A stretch of DNA of 64,000 nt, taken from Balanoglossus misakiensis. Taxonomy: Eukaryota; Animalia; Hemichordata. This document shows, one piece after another, positions 12,041 through 26,300 of this stretch. The notes under the pieces were generated by a model. That model saw nothing but the letters and a program-made list of their open reading frames with translations, was not told the DNA's origin and did no database searches. The stretch spans positions 10,878,552-10,942,551 of the forward strand of contig CM082584.2 of assembly GCA_040954595.2 (NCBI GenBank). The letters are read 5' to 3'. Each line of letters opens with the position of its first letter. The first letter of the stretch is position 1. The position numbers and the translations under genes were made by a program.

Positions 12041-14010
12041 TTATGTGAAATTGCTTGCGAATGTAATTAATTCACAAATAGTAATATGAAAGTTCTACAA
12101 GCAACCACAGATTTTCATGATATTTTCATGAATGCAACTTGCATGCCATTTCAATAGATTGAGCAATTCAGATTTCCTATGACATTGCGTGTGTTAGATT
12201 GCTTTTCCGTATAGAAGACTCAATCTCTGCTTCCACTCACAAGAATTAATCCTCTCAGCGCCACTTGCTTGGAGTGTCAAAGGAAATACAAGGATTTCTT
12301 TCCACGGTTACCCCCTCGAGGATTCGCCCAGTACTGTAATGATCGATAAGCGGGCATCCACATTGTACATGTAGTTCACACGCCGCGTCTGTAATCCATC
12401 CAAAACCCGATGAAAAACGGTATTTTTAGTAACGCCGGCTTTATGGTGTTGTCACTATCGGAGAGATCAGCGAGTCCCTTATAGAATACCGGGACAATGT
12501 GTCCAGCCTGCCATTGCTACTTAGGGGCCCTCCACTCAAACGCAAACTCTCTCTCTCTTAATCTGAATCTCTCTCTCTCAATCTTCCCCCTTCTCTCTCT
12601 CCCCCCACACCCCCCCCCCACACACACACGCAATCTCTACCCCCCTCTCAGACAGGACCATATGGATGTGTTCAAGATTAAGAAACATATTTGTCAAATT
12701 GGATGAAAGCAAAAGTAATTTTAGTTACTTGAAATATTCGTCACTGTCACAATCAATGATTCAAGATTTGTGCATTTGCCTCGCTTATATTTCTCCCGTC
12801 TTTTCATGTCTCCTTCCCCCGATCGCACCAAAACCGTTCATGCATTCAGACTTAAGTAAAGCCAGCCCTGAACGAACCAACACAGCCTCTTCTCACCAAG
12901 CATCACATGGTTTCACTATAAAGAAGTGTTGAATCAATTAAGTCCCACAGCCTTAATGCTCTCCAAAAAGCATTTTATCGCCTTCGAACATCTGATTTCC
13001 CTTGTCATTTTGTCCACTTTAACAGCACCAACAGGATGTACGGGTCGACTCAAGGTCAAAACGCAATCTTCGATATTTTTCAATAAAGTGCGCTTGCATA
13101 AAGAGCTTACCAAACGCTATCTATACCCCAGAGAATTGGTGGTGTTTTTTTCTATACATTCAGTGAAAACTTGTCACCAGTAATTTGAGAGGGATATCAG
13201 CTGTAGGGTTAATACTCTCCGTTTGCTTTTCATTATTTGTATGGAAGGGTTTTCTCTTCTGATTGTATGTAATGAGAGTTCCAGAAAGACAGTTACATAG
13301 GCGGATTTCACCAACTCCATTTACCATCCTGAGAATGTACAAATGTCTTGTCCGATACTGTGTACTGGACAGATTGGATGAGTTGTCAGCTGCGATCTAT
13401 CTTGCATGCACGTACACCTCTTATGTGTATGAAAGTGTATGCATTCATGCGGCTATGCTATTTTGCATTGAGGATTAACATAAACCAGAAATACCGATTA
13501 TCGCACGTTCAATCAGTCAGTTGTCAGTTAGTTATTCTGTCTATCTGTTCCCCACACCCACTCAGACACAGAGAAGGCAAAATATAATTTTCACCGCATT
13601 GTTTAATTTACTATCAAATCAACTTTACAACAAATTTGCATAAATTTTACATTGACGTCACTTCAAGTTCAAACTTTTGAAAATTCAATCCAAAAACAAA
13701 AGTTACCATGGTTACTGGCAATGAAGTTAATGACGCTTTCTACTTCAAATGAAAATTAATTCGAATTATGATTTGTTTTTCAATATGATTAATTTAGGTT
13801 AGAAGATTACAATGAATGTGAACGAGGATTTTAAGACGAATGAATACATAGAACTATCTGTGCTAAAATCTAATGTGAAAGGTACGTTTGCAGACCACAT
13901 ATAGTCTAATATACCTATGCCCATTTATACATTCCATCCGAATACACAAAGTAAAATTACACCATTCAACATGTTTCACTTTACATCACTATAATTATTT
14001 GAATTTTCAG

Positions 14011-14423
14011 TTACATTGAAAACAACACAGATTCTAATAAATGTGCCAACTTTGCAGGATGCCCAAGTTCCGTACTTTGAATTATTTGTACATCGTTCGT
14101 ATGATTACATGACAAATCATGGTAGTATGCCCATGAAAAATTCCTCTCCTAAATTCAAACTTGAAGACAGTATTGGTATTTCTGAGACAGATGCCCGAGT
14201 TGTCATGGTGACTGCCAATGGCGACTGAAGTAATTTGTCCAGGCGCATCGTCGTAAACTTCGACCTCTTTACGGCAAAAGTCGAGGTAGATGACTCCGAG
14301 TCTGGACCACGAGAATGCATGGTCCAGGCGCCATCCCAATACAGCTTCAGCTACACACCAGACAGGCCATGCCCATATATGACCCTTAATCTTAAGATCT
14401 TACAGAAGAACACATTTCTATAA
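14011..14423 (+). pseudogene. Exon-like orphan reading frame with one in-frame TGA (probable pseudogene fragment)
   Basis: Acceptor ttttcag ends at 14010. About 137 codons are open in one frame except for TGA at 14226-14228, joining ORFs 14016-14228 and 14235-14423; the frame ends at TAA 14421-14423. No family recognised. Confidence 0.35.
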
Positions 14424-14463
14424 ATCGAGAGTTACAAGTAATGCCTCACCGAGTACAACTTCG

Positions 14464-14574
14464 TAATTTCTATAATACAGTTCATTTACAATTATTTTTC
14501 ATTGAAATAACGCAATAGCAAATTTTTCAATTTCTATAATACAATTCTTTTACAATTATTTTTCATTGAAATAA
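14464..14574. repeat. Direct duplication of a ~46-bp AT-rich segment
   Basis: aatttctataataca(g/a)ttc(a/t)tttacaattatttttcattgaaataa occurs twice, about 64 bp apart. Confidence 0.75.
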
Positions 14575-17394
14575 TGAAATTTTCCAAACTCTCGGATTAA
14601 TTCATGAAATATTTGTAAAGATTATACAACCGCATTCGGCAATTTAAAATTCTACAACGACACATCACTTAAAGACGGCAGTCGTAAGTTTCATATCGAC
14701 ACTTCATATTCTGACGACGAACAAGTTATACGATCACGCAATCAGGAGTAAAAAGTAATACCCATCCTATGTCGTGATGTGAAAAAGATTTGACCTAGAT
14801 CATATCTAGCAATCAGACAAGCGTTTTCCGAGAAAAAGACCGAACTATTGCTCATAAAATAAAAAGTTGCTTATATATTCTGATCATCCCAAGGGACCTG
14901 TACACTGAAAAGAAGTTGGCGGGCGATGCACGAAGACAATCAGCCTACCTGATAAAAACGATCGGAATTATTACAGTAAAAGTGATATCTTCAAAACAAA
15001 CAACTCCCCTTCTCCAAGTTTTTCAATTTCACCCCTGACCTCCAAATCTTCTCTTTTACATCCAAAGGGCACTCACTTCAGCTTTTTGCCAAAATGCTTT
15101 TGAGTTGCCGTTAGCTGGTTCCCATGGCAACGTTCGAGTAGTAAATGAAAGCCTTGAGGTATCCTTTAATTCGATTTGCAGGACAATTACGATTACACGT
15201 GTCACGTATTGGCTTCTATAGAGATGGACACCCCAGGGATATACCAATGGAATGGACTACCATTCACGAAGATACTTCAATTACACGTCAATTATTTTAC
15301 ATCGAGCAGAGCTGTCAGCATTGTACACGGGGCATAATAGAACAAGTCCCCAAGACTATGAGCGACAATCTCAGGGAGTAAGACTTTGCTTCTTCGATTT
15401 TCTTTCTTAATCACCCTGACCGTGCATTGTTTACATTTACTCGCGTTCAAGTTGTACAGCACAATGACCAGAAACACCCCAAAAATGAATACTATACTAC
15501 CAGTAAAAATCGAGTAAAAACAGTTGTGATACCAAATATTTCGCTTTACCAACACACAATTATATGTCTCTGGTATTGTAAAGAGTTATTGTATTGAGTT
15601 ATTATGTAATAAAACTTCATACACCGTACTATTACAAGGATGCAATACATGAACAGTGTTGAAATATTGCCATTGATACACAAGATATACACATGCTATT
15701 CGTCAAGTATTACCAGAATGGAAACGTACGCGTTACAATGTAAGAAACTTGTCCGGAAAATGGAACGACATCACAAATGTTAACGTTTATGACATAAATT
15801 GTTATTGCTCACAGTGAACAACGTTATGATGTTTCGTGTGGTATACGAGAGAGAGAGACAACATATGATGAAGGTCACGATCAGCGTCACTTCTCTAATC
15901 CAACAGTTTAGCTTCGTTTCATTTTAGTAATTTCAGGGCCTTGCATTTCTCCATAGACCCTAGGGTCTGTGTTTTTTTCCCATGATGAAAAGACACACCT
16001 ATTAGTGATTCGTTTTGGCCTTGCTATACAATAACATTCCATGTTTATTTGGCGTTCAATCACCGACAACAAATATTGATAGTTAATCTGCTATTAAAAC
16101 TTCCGGCGTTTATCACGACTAAAAACGTTCTGTTTACCAAACACCTACGATAGAGTACAAATTTTGTCGATATTTTCCTCTCATTTATTCATTCACTCTA
16201 ATTAGATATGAAACGAGCATTCAGGATTATTGAATCTAAGAACTACTTGAATAAGCCTCACTGTCAATAGCTTTCGGAGATTTAGGAAAATAAAACTATT
16301 ATTGCATTGTTTTTCAAGGATCTTCTATCGTTTCTGTTCATATCGAGAACATGTTAATATATCGTAATGACGTCACTGAAAACCCACAACCACCCAAGAA
16401 AATCAGAAACAATAAAACCCCTTACTTGAGTAATAAGTCCGAGTAATTTGGAGGACTTTTTTTGCATGTATATACATAAAAATTAGTTTCTTTTAACGAG
16501 GGAAGACAAATTTTAGAAACCCACTTTTACAACGAACATTATACAGTCAAAGATGTCGCGGAGCCGATTATCACCCGTATTATGTAAGTTCAGTGATGGA
16601 ACCATATCTATAGTTATGAATCTTTCGCAAAATGTTCATACAGATATGTGCATACGTGAACGTGTGAAATGCTCTGGCAGAACGCATGCGCAATCTTTTC
16701 TTTGCGGCAATCTGGAGTAACTTCTCGCCTGGACTGTATGCTCTGTTAATTGGCCGCCCTCTGATTAAGCTTATTGATGATTAAAGGAAAATTGCTCGAA
16801 TTGTTTAAAGTTCATTAATGATGATAACCGTTATTGTCGATGCATGCTCAATCCTTGGATATGAGCATACAAAAAAATCCCCAAAAGCTCCCAAGAATGC
16901 AAAGCTGGGCACCTACAAAATATGGGAGTATACTTGTAGAATGCTCTAACGATAAGCCGGATTTGAAACATAATGCTTGTCGAGAACATAATAGGGTTGT
17001 TTCTTCAGCTGTGTTCATATGTTTAATGTCTTGGGATTTTGAGATAAATGTTACTTACTAATAAGTTTGCTATTTCACTTGATCAGATTTGAGGACTTTA
17101 AACCCCTGGCAGTGATCATCAAATCTGCAAATTAAATAGATTTAAGCGTAAAATATTAAAACGTTTAGATTCACTTGAATTCGAGTTCTAATGCCAACGA
17201 AGATTAAAATAAGAAGCGTAGAACAAAACAGAAAACGTTCAGTCCAATCAAGAATTCGAATAACGTCTCCGTTGATAATACAGTTGAGCACTTCCCTCCC
17301 ACAATCCACCTCGACGTTGCAGCAGGAAACTTAGTGATCTCAAGATCATTTGATGCTTGATCAGCCGACTGTTTTCCCGCCTTGTCATGTAGTC

Positions 17395-20300
17395 CTATAA
17401 CGGTGTCGACACGCTTTCGTTCTCATACCCGGGGTTTTCCCAACTGGACGTCGCCTTCACGGCGTTTCCTTGGCTCGGGCTCTTCTTGTCCGTGACGCCA
17501 TAACTTGGCGGCTTGTGGTCTGTGTTGACTTGGGGGTACAGCTTGGATTGGCATGGATCGGTCGGGTTTGTCATTTCGACGGCTTCGTCATCGTGCTGCG
17601 ACAAATAATTCTTCGCCAATTTATCCACGATTCCAGCGCCAATAGAATCGCCCTCTACGTTGATCATGGTACGAATACGATCACTGAAATGCAAATTTAG
17701 ATAGTTTAGGAATTAATACTAATTTTAGCAAAATACGATACCGCTTCCCTAAAATCAATTCGGTCAAATCCATGGGTACTTACAGAATGATGTCTACGGA
17801 CAAGATCAGGCTGATGTCCTCTAATGGTAGCCCGACAGCAGTAAACACGATCACCATGGTAACCAAACCGGCCTGGGGAATACCTGCAGCGCCAATACTG
17901 GCGATTGTGGCCGTGATACTATTGGCAAAAAGAGGGATAAGAAATAACGAGTTAAAATTCTGATGATTTCCAATGAATGATCTTGCACGTACTGTGAACC
18001 AGTTACTTTTTATTGCGATTAATTTCAACGACCATGTCACGTGACACGCGTTGGAAAAAAGCGTCGGCCTACATATTTTACTATCATAGTGTAAACAATG
18101 CACATTTGCAGACCATAAACACCGCGAACTATGGCACACTCTATGGGGACATTTTCTGAACAAACGTGACGCTCTAATTCTGTGCATGGGAACGGCAATG
18201 TTTTACTTCATAGCCTCAGACAATATGTATGAGCATTTCATGTTCCGCAGACTCTTCGATAGCTTTATCCATATATCAAACGATGTAGTATCCACTCACT
18301 TTAACTATGTCAAGCGGACGTGTCAACCAATGCTGAAACCCTGAGCTGAACTCAAAGTCCACAATAATAATATGTGTATCAATAAAGTTAGCTGAATGTA
18401 ATAAATACCAGGATTTGTGTCGATATGACTTTTAGGAGGCTACTTATTCATTGTCCCATAAAAAGATCCGGGTTGTAGGGCTATCATACACTTTAATATA
18501 TTTCAGATAAAAGAACGAGATAGGATGTCTCGTGCACGTGATTGTATGTTTAATAAATTTTTGGTTTCATGGGTTATGAAGGTGTTTTGAAATAAGTGTA
18601 AGCTGGTCGTAAATTCACCTATATTTGGTTGTAAATTTACAAATTGTAGTCAAAAACAAGGATTTGAAGGGTTATAAAGGCGAGCGACAGTTACATAGGC
18701 CACACAATAATCAAAACAAGAACCCTCTTTTATAGTAACACTTACCTGATAGTAATAACTTCTCCTGCGTTCAAAGGTATGTCTCGGTACTGGGCAATAA
18801 AGATGGCGGCCACTGCTTCATACAGCGCAGTACCATCCATGTTGATAGTCGCCCCAATTGGCAGTACAAATCTTGTTACCCTCTTGTCGATACCGTTGTT
18901 TTCTTCCAGGTTCTTTGTCGTCAGGGGCAACGTTGCAGAACTGGAAACAGAACCAGATGTAAACTGAATGTGCTGTCGAATTTGGTTAAAATACATTCAA
19001 TACAATACACTCATCAGGAGACTAAACTGGCGAAAACACAGGGGAGAAGCCGGGGTTATATGCATATACACAGGTGGTGAAATGTTGGTTGGGTTGCGTA
19101 ACAATGTTTTGTGTCTGTGTCGACAGGAGGACACGAGTTACATGTAGTTTCTTTTATTTCCTGCAGAAAGTTCTGGTCAGCGAATGATAATAAATGTCTC
19201 TGTTAAGCAGAGGTTGCACCGTTTGGCAGCGCTGTCATATATGGCTCGGCTTTGGCTAAGATTTTCCAAGAGATAGTGTGGGCGGTGTCGTTGTCCTTCA
19301 GTGTCCAAATATGTTTGCCGAGTTCTGTGGAGTTCCTGGAGCGAGCGAGTCGGAATGATGAAGAGTGGTTTCTGTATCTCGTTTCGGAGTCGTTCTCAGT
19401 TTGACCAGGACTAGAGGTTTATGAATTTGATGTCGCTTACCTTGACGCTGTTCCAAGGGCCGTGATTAAAGCCTCGAAGACTCCTTTCAGATAAACGAAC
19501 GAATTCTTCCGCACAATGACGAGGTATAGCAAAGGTAACACGACTATACCATGGACCGCCAGACCCGCACAAACAGTAGCGAAGTACATGCCTATCTGGG
19601 CCATGACTTGGGCCCAATCGTCAGCAACGCTGAAACATACTCCTAATATGAGGAAGAATATACCAATGGGAGCATACCTGGTTGAGAAAACAAAAGAAAT
19701 TGGATGTTATTGTACAAAATAGAACATACACGTGTTTGTCGATCGACTACCCGGTCACCTATGTAAATTTATTCAATGTTACCATTGGGACTGTAGCCAA
19801 TCACAGACTTTCAGCCGGTGGCACACGCGAAAAAAAGTGCGCCACTACATCTCCATTCGAACACTTAGACACGCCCTTTTTATCATATTTAGGCATATGT
19901 AAATTAGAGGTGACCGTATACCTTTGAATTTATTCACTCGGACAAATCTGACATTTTTTTTCTGCAGATCTAAATCCGGGTGGAATGGATGGATGGAAGG
20001 ACAGACAGACAAATAAATAAACAAATAAATTCATTAATCAATCCGATAAAACCGGATCCATAATCTCGTGAATTTGGTTTCGAGGGTTTTTGAGCGACGA
20101 AGGGAATATCAAGAGCAACGAGGAAATGTTGGAGAGATACTTTCACGGGAATTCCCTTGACACTTATGGTTGAATATTTCGCAAGCTATTAGTTCACAGC
20201 CTTATTCTCATATCTTGGCAGGAATCCAAATCATAGAAAGACCGCAATATCAATTTGCAAATCACGCCGTTCACCAACTTCAGCGGGCTTTGTAACGATG

Positions 20301-23300
20301 GCGACTAAGCTTATCTTGGGATCCTAACATAAACGAAATTTACAGGCGCTGGTTTAATAATAGATGTAAAGTGGTCTCTACACATGAAAGATGTTGGATT
20401 GTTAACAGAAAGGGATTATAGATAGCTGATTTACCCGTGGAGGGACTGTGTACAGGTCAAAGGTGAAATTATTTGTCGCACTCACCACATGATGATCATC
20501 ACCAATCGCATTGTAGCCTCGTTCAGGCACGTGAAAAACTTGGCCAATGGTTCACCATCCTCGCCCATGACACCAAGAACAATACCAAGCGCTATAGAGA
20601 AGACCACTAAACCCAGAATGTTCATACTGTCAGACCACTCAGCTTCCAAGCCAATGGCCCTAGTTGCGTTTGTAACATTGTGTGTGCCATTGTTCCAGTC
20701 TATTGAACCATCCACCCATACTGCATTGGTCACATACTGTATTGATAAAATAAGAAGACAGAAATGCATATTATGGAACCATGGTAAATCATGTCTTTTT
20801 TTCGCGAGTGGTCGGAAAATGAAAAAAAGTGATATAGTAGGCATGTGTGACTATGGTTTTACTGGTACTTTTCTCTTTCCAAGGTCGAGTCTATCACGCC
20901 AACGTTCAAATCCATTTTCCGCCACTAACCGATCAGCCCGTATCACTTTTTCTCGAAATTGTCATGCTTGATATGACTTTAAATGAGTTTAAAGGAGGTT
21001 TTTATCGGCATTGGATGGGACGACATCAACTGGAGTGACGTCAAACGCGAGTGTTGTTCCCACAGACTGAATCAAAACCAATTTTGTCCAGATATGCGTT
21101 ATCGCACGGAGCCGAGACGGCGTTCGCCTTGAATTGGCTGCACCACTTAGCTTGGATAATTGTTTCTATGGGCGGCATTGTCGAATCACTCATGAGGAGA
21201 TTTCACTTTTCAGGTCCGTAAGAACAAATATCAGTTCAGTGGTTTTATTTTATTCAGCATGCCAATAATCCAAGTTCTCCGCTTTCAGACGTGGTTATCA
21301 TCAGTTTTGTTGTACTGGATAGAATGTGACACGTGAAACTTACCGTTCGGAAGCAGGCAGCGACGATATTGCTCGGAAAGCAATTTCTGAAAGTGAAAAA
21401 TAAAAGTGAGGAAATTATGAAGACATAATTGACTACGAGATTATCTCAAGAAATGCAAAATGTTTATGTAGCAATAAATGCTCCAAAATTCTAGGTTTAA
21501 TGGGACAGCGTGTCTGGTAAGTTAAGTTCTCGCGCTCTAAGTTATCGTTACTATAGAAAGATAATTGGCCAAGCAATGGCACGAATTAAGAAAGCAGCGA
21601 AAATAAAATGGACATTTATACAGTTGCTAAATATGGAGATATAAGGGATATATGGGATAACTTCAGTCGACATTTGATGAATTACAGGACGTTCGATTTC
21701 CGGCATATGTACAGTACGTACAAATGGAAGGCGGGTGAAATCGTGATAAGCTTTACTAAATATCTAATTTTATGGACGACTCGTCGGACCTGGTTACTTT
21801 TTTGTTTAAAATGCGTGTGAGTGACTTAAAGGCCGACGACAGCATGACTGAAACAGTGTGCTCGCTAAACAAAGTGATGCAGGACTACCTTGTACATAGG
21901 ACATGATTTTTATTCATTGGCTACGAAGAAAGTAAACAGGCAACAGTCGTCGTGCATCCGTGCTTCTTGCGCGCACTCTTTTTTGTCTCCAATTGCGCTA
22001 ACCTTTCATGAGTAGGATAACGATGTTACGCATGTGCAGCCAGCCTCCATTAATAAAGCGGGCACATGCTCCCTCCATAGATACCGACATGAACAGGGCG
22101 ATGATTGACAAAGTCACGAAGCTGGTCTGGCGACCCCAAAACCTGAAAGTGGCCACGCATGCGTACATACATGCAGTGTCGCCCCTTCTTGAAGTACGTG
22201 CGCAGAAAGATTTTTCGAGCAGCTGCGCTGGCATAAACAGATTCGTCGGTGGTCTCTCATTATTTTACCAGCCAATGTAAAATATGTTCTTAGGTCGGAT
22301 TTCAGATACAACTCTATAGTGTTAAGTGCAATGTATTAAAACATTTAGATCATCAAAAACAAAGGATTCGACCAAACTCCAAACACAGTCCGAGGACGAA
22401 GTCTGGAATCGTTCTGCTAAAGATGTGATATATACCCACAGTCGCTCGTGGGCTCCAAGTTGGCCCAAGCCAGCTCTGCCAGGTCCAACCTTACCATAGA
22501 AAACAATGGGTTTGGACTGAACCATGGTGGTGAAACGGTTAAAGTAGTCATGATGTAATCCGACAGCATTCTTTCCTTCATTTCTGCATACTCAAAAAAT
22601 GCCTAACCGTTTGGTTTGTCGTAGGTTGCAGTGACCTTGCTAAGTGTATCAGGCAATGAATCTTTGTACCTAAGTCATAGACTTTCACCCCAATTCCCCC
22701 CCCCCCAAAAAATAAGGAGTTATAAAACCGCACAAGTGCACTGTAATCTTGAGAGCAATCTAATCTCTAAAATTCACGCCGATATCATCAAATACACACA
22801 AACATTACAGATTTGGAGTTCTTTATTCCATTATCAATCTAGACGGCGAAGGTATAAATCGACCCCGTCATCCTAATGTTCAGATAACGTTGTCATGACA
22901 GTGTCAGTTCCAAGAGTTTTCCTGTTTGTTAGAAAGTGCCACTGGACGACAACGTGGCATTTCAGGGGCGGAGCTGTATAACGCATACAAGATTTTTGAC
23001 CCTAATAAAAAAGTGATATATCATATGGTCGCAATGTAATATCAAGTGTTAGTGACCTCTCAGCTTACGACGAAAAGTTTGGTGGAGAAATATGACATCA
23101 AAACAGGTCAAATAATAGACAGTCGTTCTCATTGTACGAATTCAAGGTAAATGAACAGGTACAGGAAGTAATAAATAACCAATAAAATAGAATATGGTGG
23201 TTCTGAACAGTAAGTTCTGTGTGGTGACGTGGTGTCAGGAAGAGGTATGTGTACTCTGCTATAGCATGTGACACCCGACAAGTTTGACCTAAATCAAAAT

Positions 23301-26300
23301 GACAGATTAGTTAAATTCATCTCAACCACCTCATTACTGTTGTATAAAGTCAACGCCAATATTGTCGTTCAACATTAGAGTAACAGACGCACCATATGCA
23401 ACATATCGATCATAGAAACTCTTAAAGGGTGGGTATCGTCCAGTCTGCGACTGCGGGCATGGGCCGGGCCCCCTAGGACAACGCACAAGATGGCGGCGAC
23501 TATAGTCTGTGTCGGAGTTCTGGAAAAGACAGCAAATTGACTGGAGGGACAAAACTAAAGTCTACTTTACGCATGCATGCATGAAATATGGAAGGAATCG
23601 AAGGCAGTCGATTATTGCAACTTTTCTTTTCCACTGCCTAGATTGGTCACGTGACTGGTGACATTGAGACCCATTCCTCCCGAGACGATTCTAAATGACA
23701 TGGATACGGAGAAATAGTGTGTAGCTAAACCACTATTAATTGAAACCTGGGAAGTCACGGTGGGACGTGCGTGTCACGTTTCCTCTTTCAATATGTTTAT
23801 TGGGCGTGGGAATGACAGAATGAAGTTAAAGTGGGTTTCGGGGAGGGGAGGGGGGTTAGGAGTACCACGTGACCTCTGAGCGTGCAGATGGGCGACGAAG
23901 AAGAAAGTAAATGGACTTAAGCTCATCTATAGAAATCACATGACTCTACTCCGTGTTCTATTTCCGCTTTCAGATTTGCTTTCTCTATCTTGATCCATAA
24001 ACGTTTATCAAACCTGACACGCAGTGCTTTAATGGAAGTTAGTACTTCTTATACTCCACGGGTCACGCTCCTCGCAGTTCCATTGCTTTTAGCCTTATTA
24101 TGCATTTTTTTCCTTTCTCCAAAGAGCTTGTCCGCTCACCAGACGTCATTTTTGTGGCGGCTTTGCTTTCGCTCTCTTGTTGGAATTACTCATCTCGCCA
24201 ATGTCAAAATTTATTCCTTACGATTAATGCACCTCGGCATCTGTCCAGAATACTAATTTTCATCTGAGATAATGAGCATGTGTTTTTTGTGTCGCCTGAG
24301 CTTGTTATCTTCATGTTTGGGTTTCTATCGCTTCTTATCACGGAATGATGAATTGCCCCCGGAGTCGACTCGACATTTTATGATATCCGTTTTGTTGAGA
24401 AGGTGTGTTATCAGTGTTTTCTTCCAACTTTCTGCAACATTAAGCATGCATTAGTCCCCTTGAAAGACTCTAAAATCCCGCGCAAAACTGTGACGTGTCA
24501 GACTTGAAGGGAAATATTTCGGAGCAGATATTTTAACTCATAAATGGCTTAAAGTAGACGAGGACCAGCGGCGATGAGAATTTGCTCTTCCGCGCGGCTA
24601 CCGATTCGACCAGACACAAATCTCACTAATTGCGGGGAGGTCACAACAAATTGACATTAGTCTCCGTGTGATCTTTCCGGCAGAATAAACACACGTGGGC
24701 TTTTTGGCCTAAAACTCGGATCAATTAACAGGCAAATGTGGATACGGATAGAGTTATTTCACAGCGAAGCTTTTGGAAGGGTTTCGAGTTGCAATTCTTG
24801 ACATAGTTGTTATTCATGATGAGTGGTAAAAAATCTGACTACTAGTAAACTTTCTTAAAGTTTAATAATTAATTATAAATGTGTAACGAACAAAAGAAAC
24901 TACAATGTAAATGTATGTCGGCCGCCATTTTGAAATGAAGTGTAGCGATAATACGTCAGCTGCTATTCTGAAGCTCAAAACTAAATACTGCAAACTTTTG
25001 AAAATCTTGCTCCGGATTTAATTAAACTAAATAAATTGTCGTACGAGTGCTGTATCTTCTATGTGAAATTAAATATTGTCGCACAGCTGACGAGCGGCCA
25101 CGTCAGTTAGATGATGTGCACCATACCGGCAGATCGCGCTCTTTCGTCTACCATTGACGTCATAGCAAGATGGCCGCCGGGTGGTCAATAAATCCCAAAA
25201 TAGCCAGTGAAAACATGGCATTTGTTTGTTGCTAATTATTGCATTCATTCAGCGTGCACGGGGGTTGTATAACAACTGTCCTTTCAACATGAGGACACGA
25301 CCTTTCCTTAAAATATCTCGGCGAAATACGACATCGCCACCTCTGACATTTTGAGCCTTTTATAGTCTTGTCGGGTGGAACTGACGAACGACAGACTGTT
25401 TATTTTGTCGTGCATCTTCACGTATGTACTCTCTGAAACATGATTGACTTGGCGCGTAAGTGGTACTTAGACGCCACAAATGTTGCTTGCGTCAAAACAT
25501 TCATCTTCAACATTTCAAACGCGGTCTGTGCGACCAGTTGACACAGTGGAACAGACACGCTTGTATAGGGAAAGATTCAGCACGTCGGTATGTGAGATGC
25601 AAATTATGTCAGGGACACAGACGTTCTCGATGACTTCTACAGACACATGGGACAGACGTACATTTGAACTTGACCCTTTCCGCAGTGTAGGGACAAGGGT
25701 TGCTTATTGTACAACTTGCTGACCAACTATATGCAAGAAGCATCCATGTAGGTTGAGAAACGAGGCCTCGTTGGCTCGACAGCTGGCTTGTCTGAAAAAT
25801 CAATCAGAGGGTAGATGGCGGGAGAGGCTTGGCTATGAGATGGACAGTGCATAATTAAAGCAGTACTGATGTGCCGACCACATGATCGAAACTAAACATC
25901 GTTGATAAAATCTACGAAAAATCTGAAAAAGTTACATTTCATGGTCTTATGTCACACACTCGTACTCGTGACTCTGTTGGAGAGTAAAGGTTAACCTGGT
26001 TTGTTTTTTATCGGGTAAACATTGTAAGAAAGGTAAATTTGCACAACATACTTTTACCGAGTATTTTATTAGCAGTACAGGCCTACAGGTATACCAGTCT
26101 ATCGTACAACGACGGAATGTGGCATTTTCAGTAAAGTGTCTCAAGCGCTTTAATATCACGTTTCCAGTATTTGCAACGGCTCTACGGAAACATGATTTGG
26201 GACACGATTCATTGTTTTATGCTGAGGTTGCTAAAACAGGTGCAAAACTACGTGCTAAACCCGCTAATTACGAAAAAGCTATTTCAACCCGTAAAAGTCA

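Noticed and set aside
12666-13260. Possible degraded coding or retroelement fragment
   Set aside because: Short interrupted frames with no motif I could recognise.
14572-14610. Possible SECIS (ATGA...AAA...) downstream of the TGA-containing frame
   Set aside because: Only ~8 nt separate ATGA from the AA loop, and the ATGA pairs Watson-Crick with TCAT rather than forming the GA quartet; the geometry does not fit.
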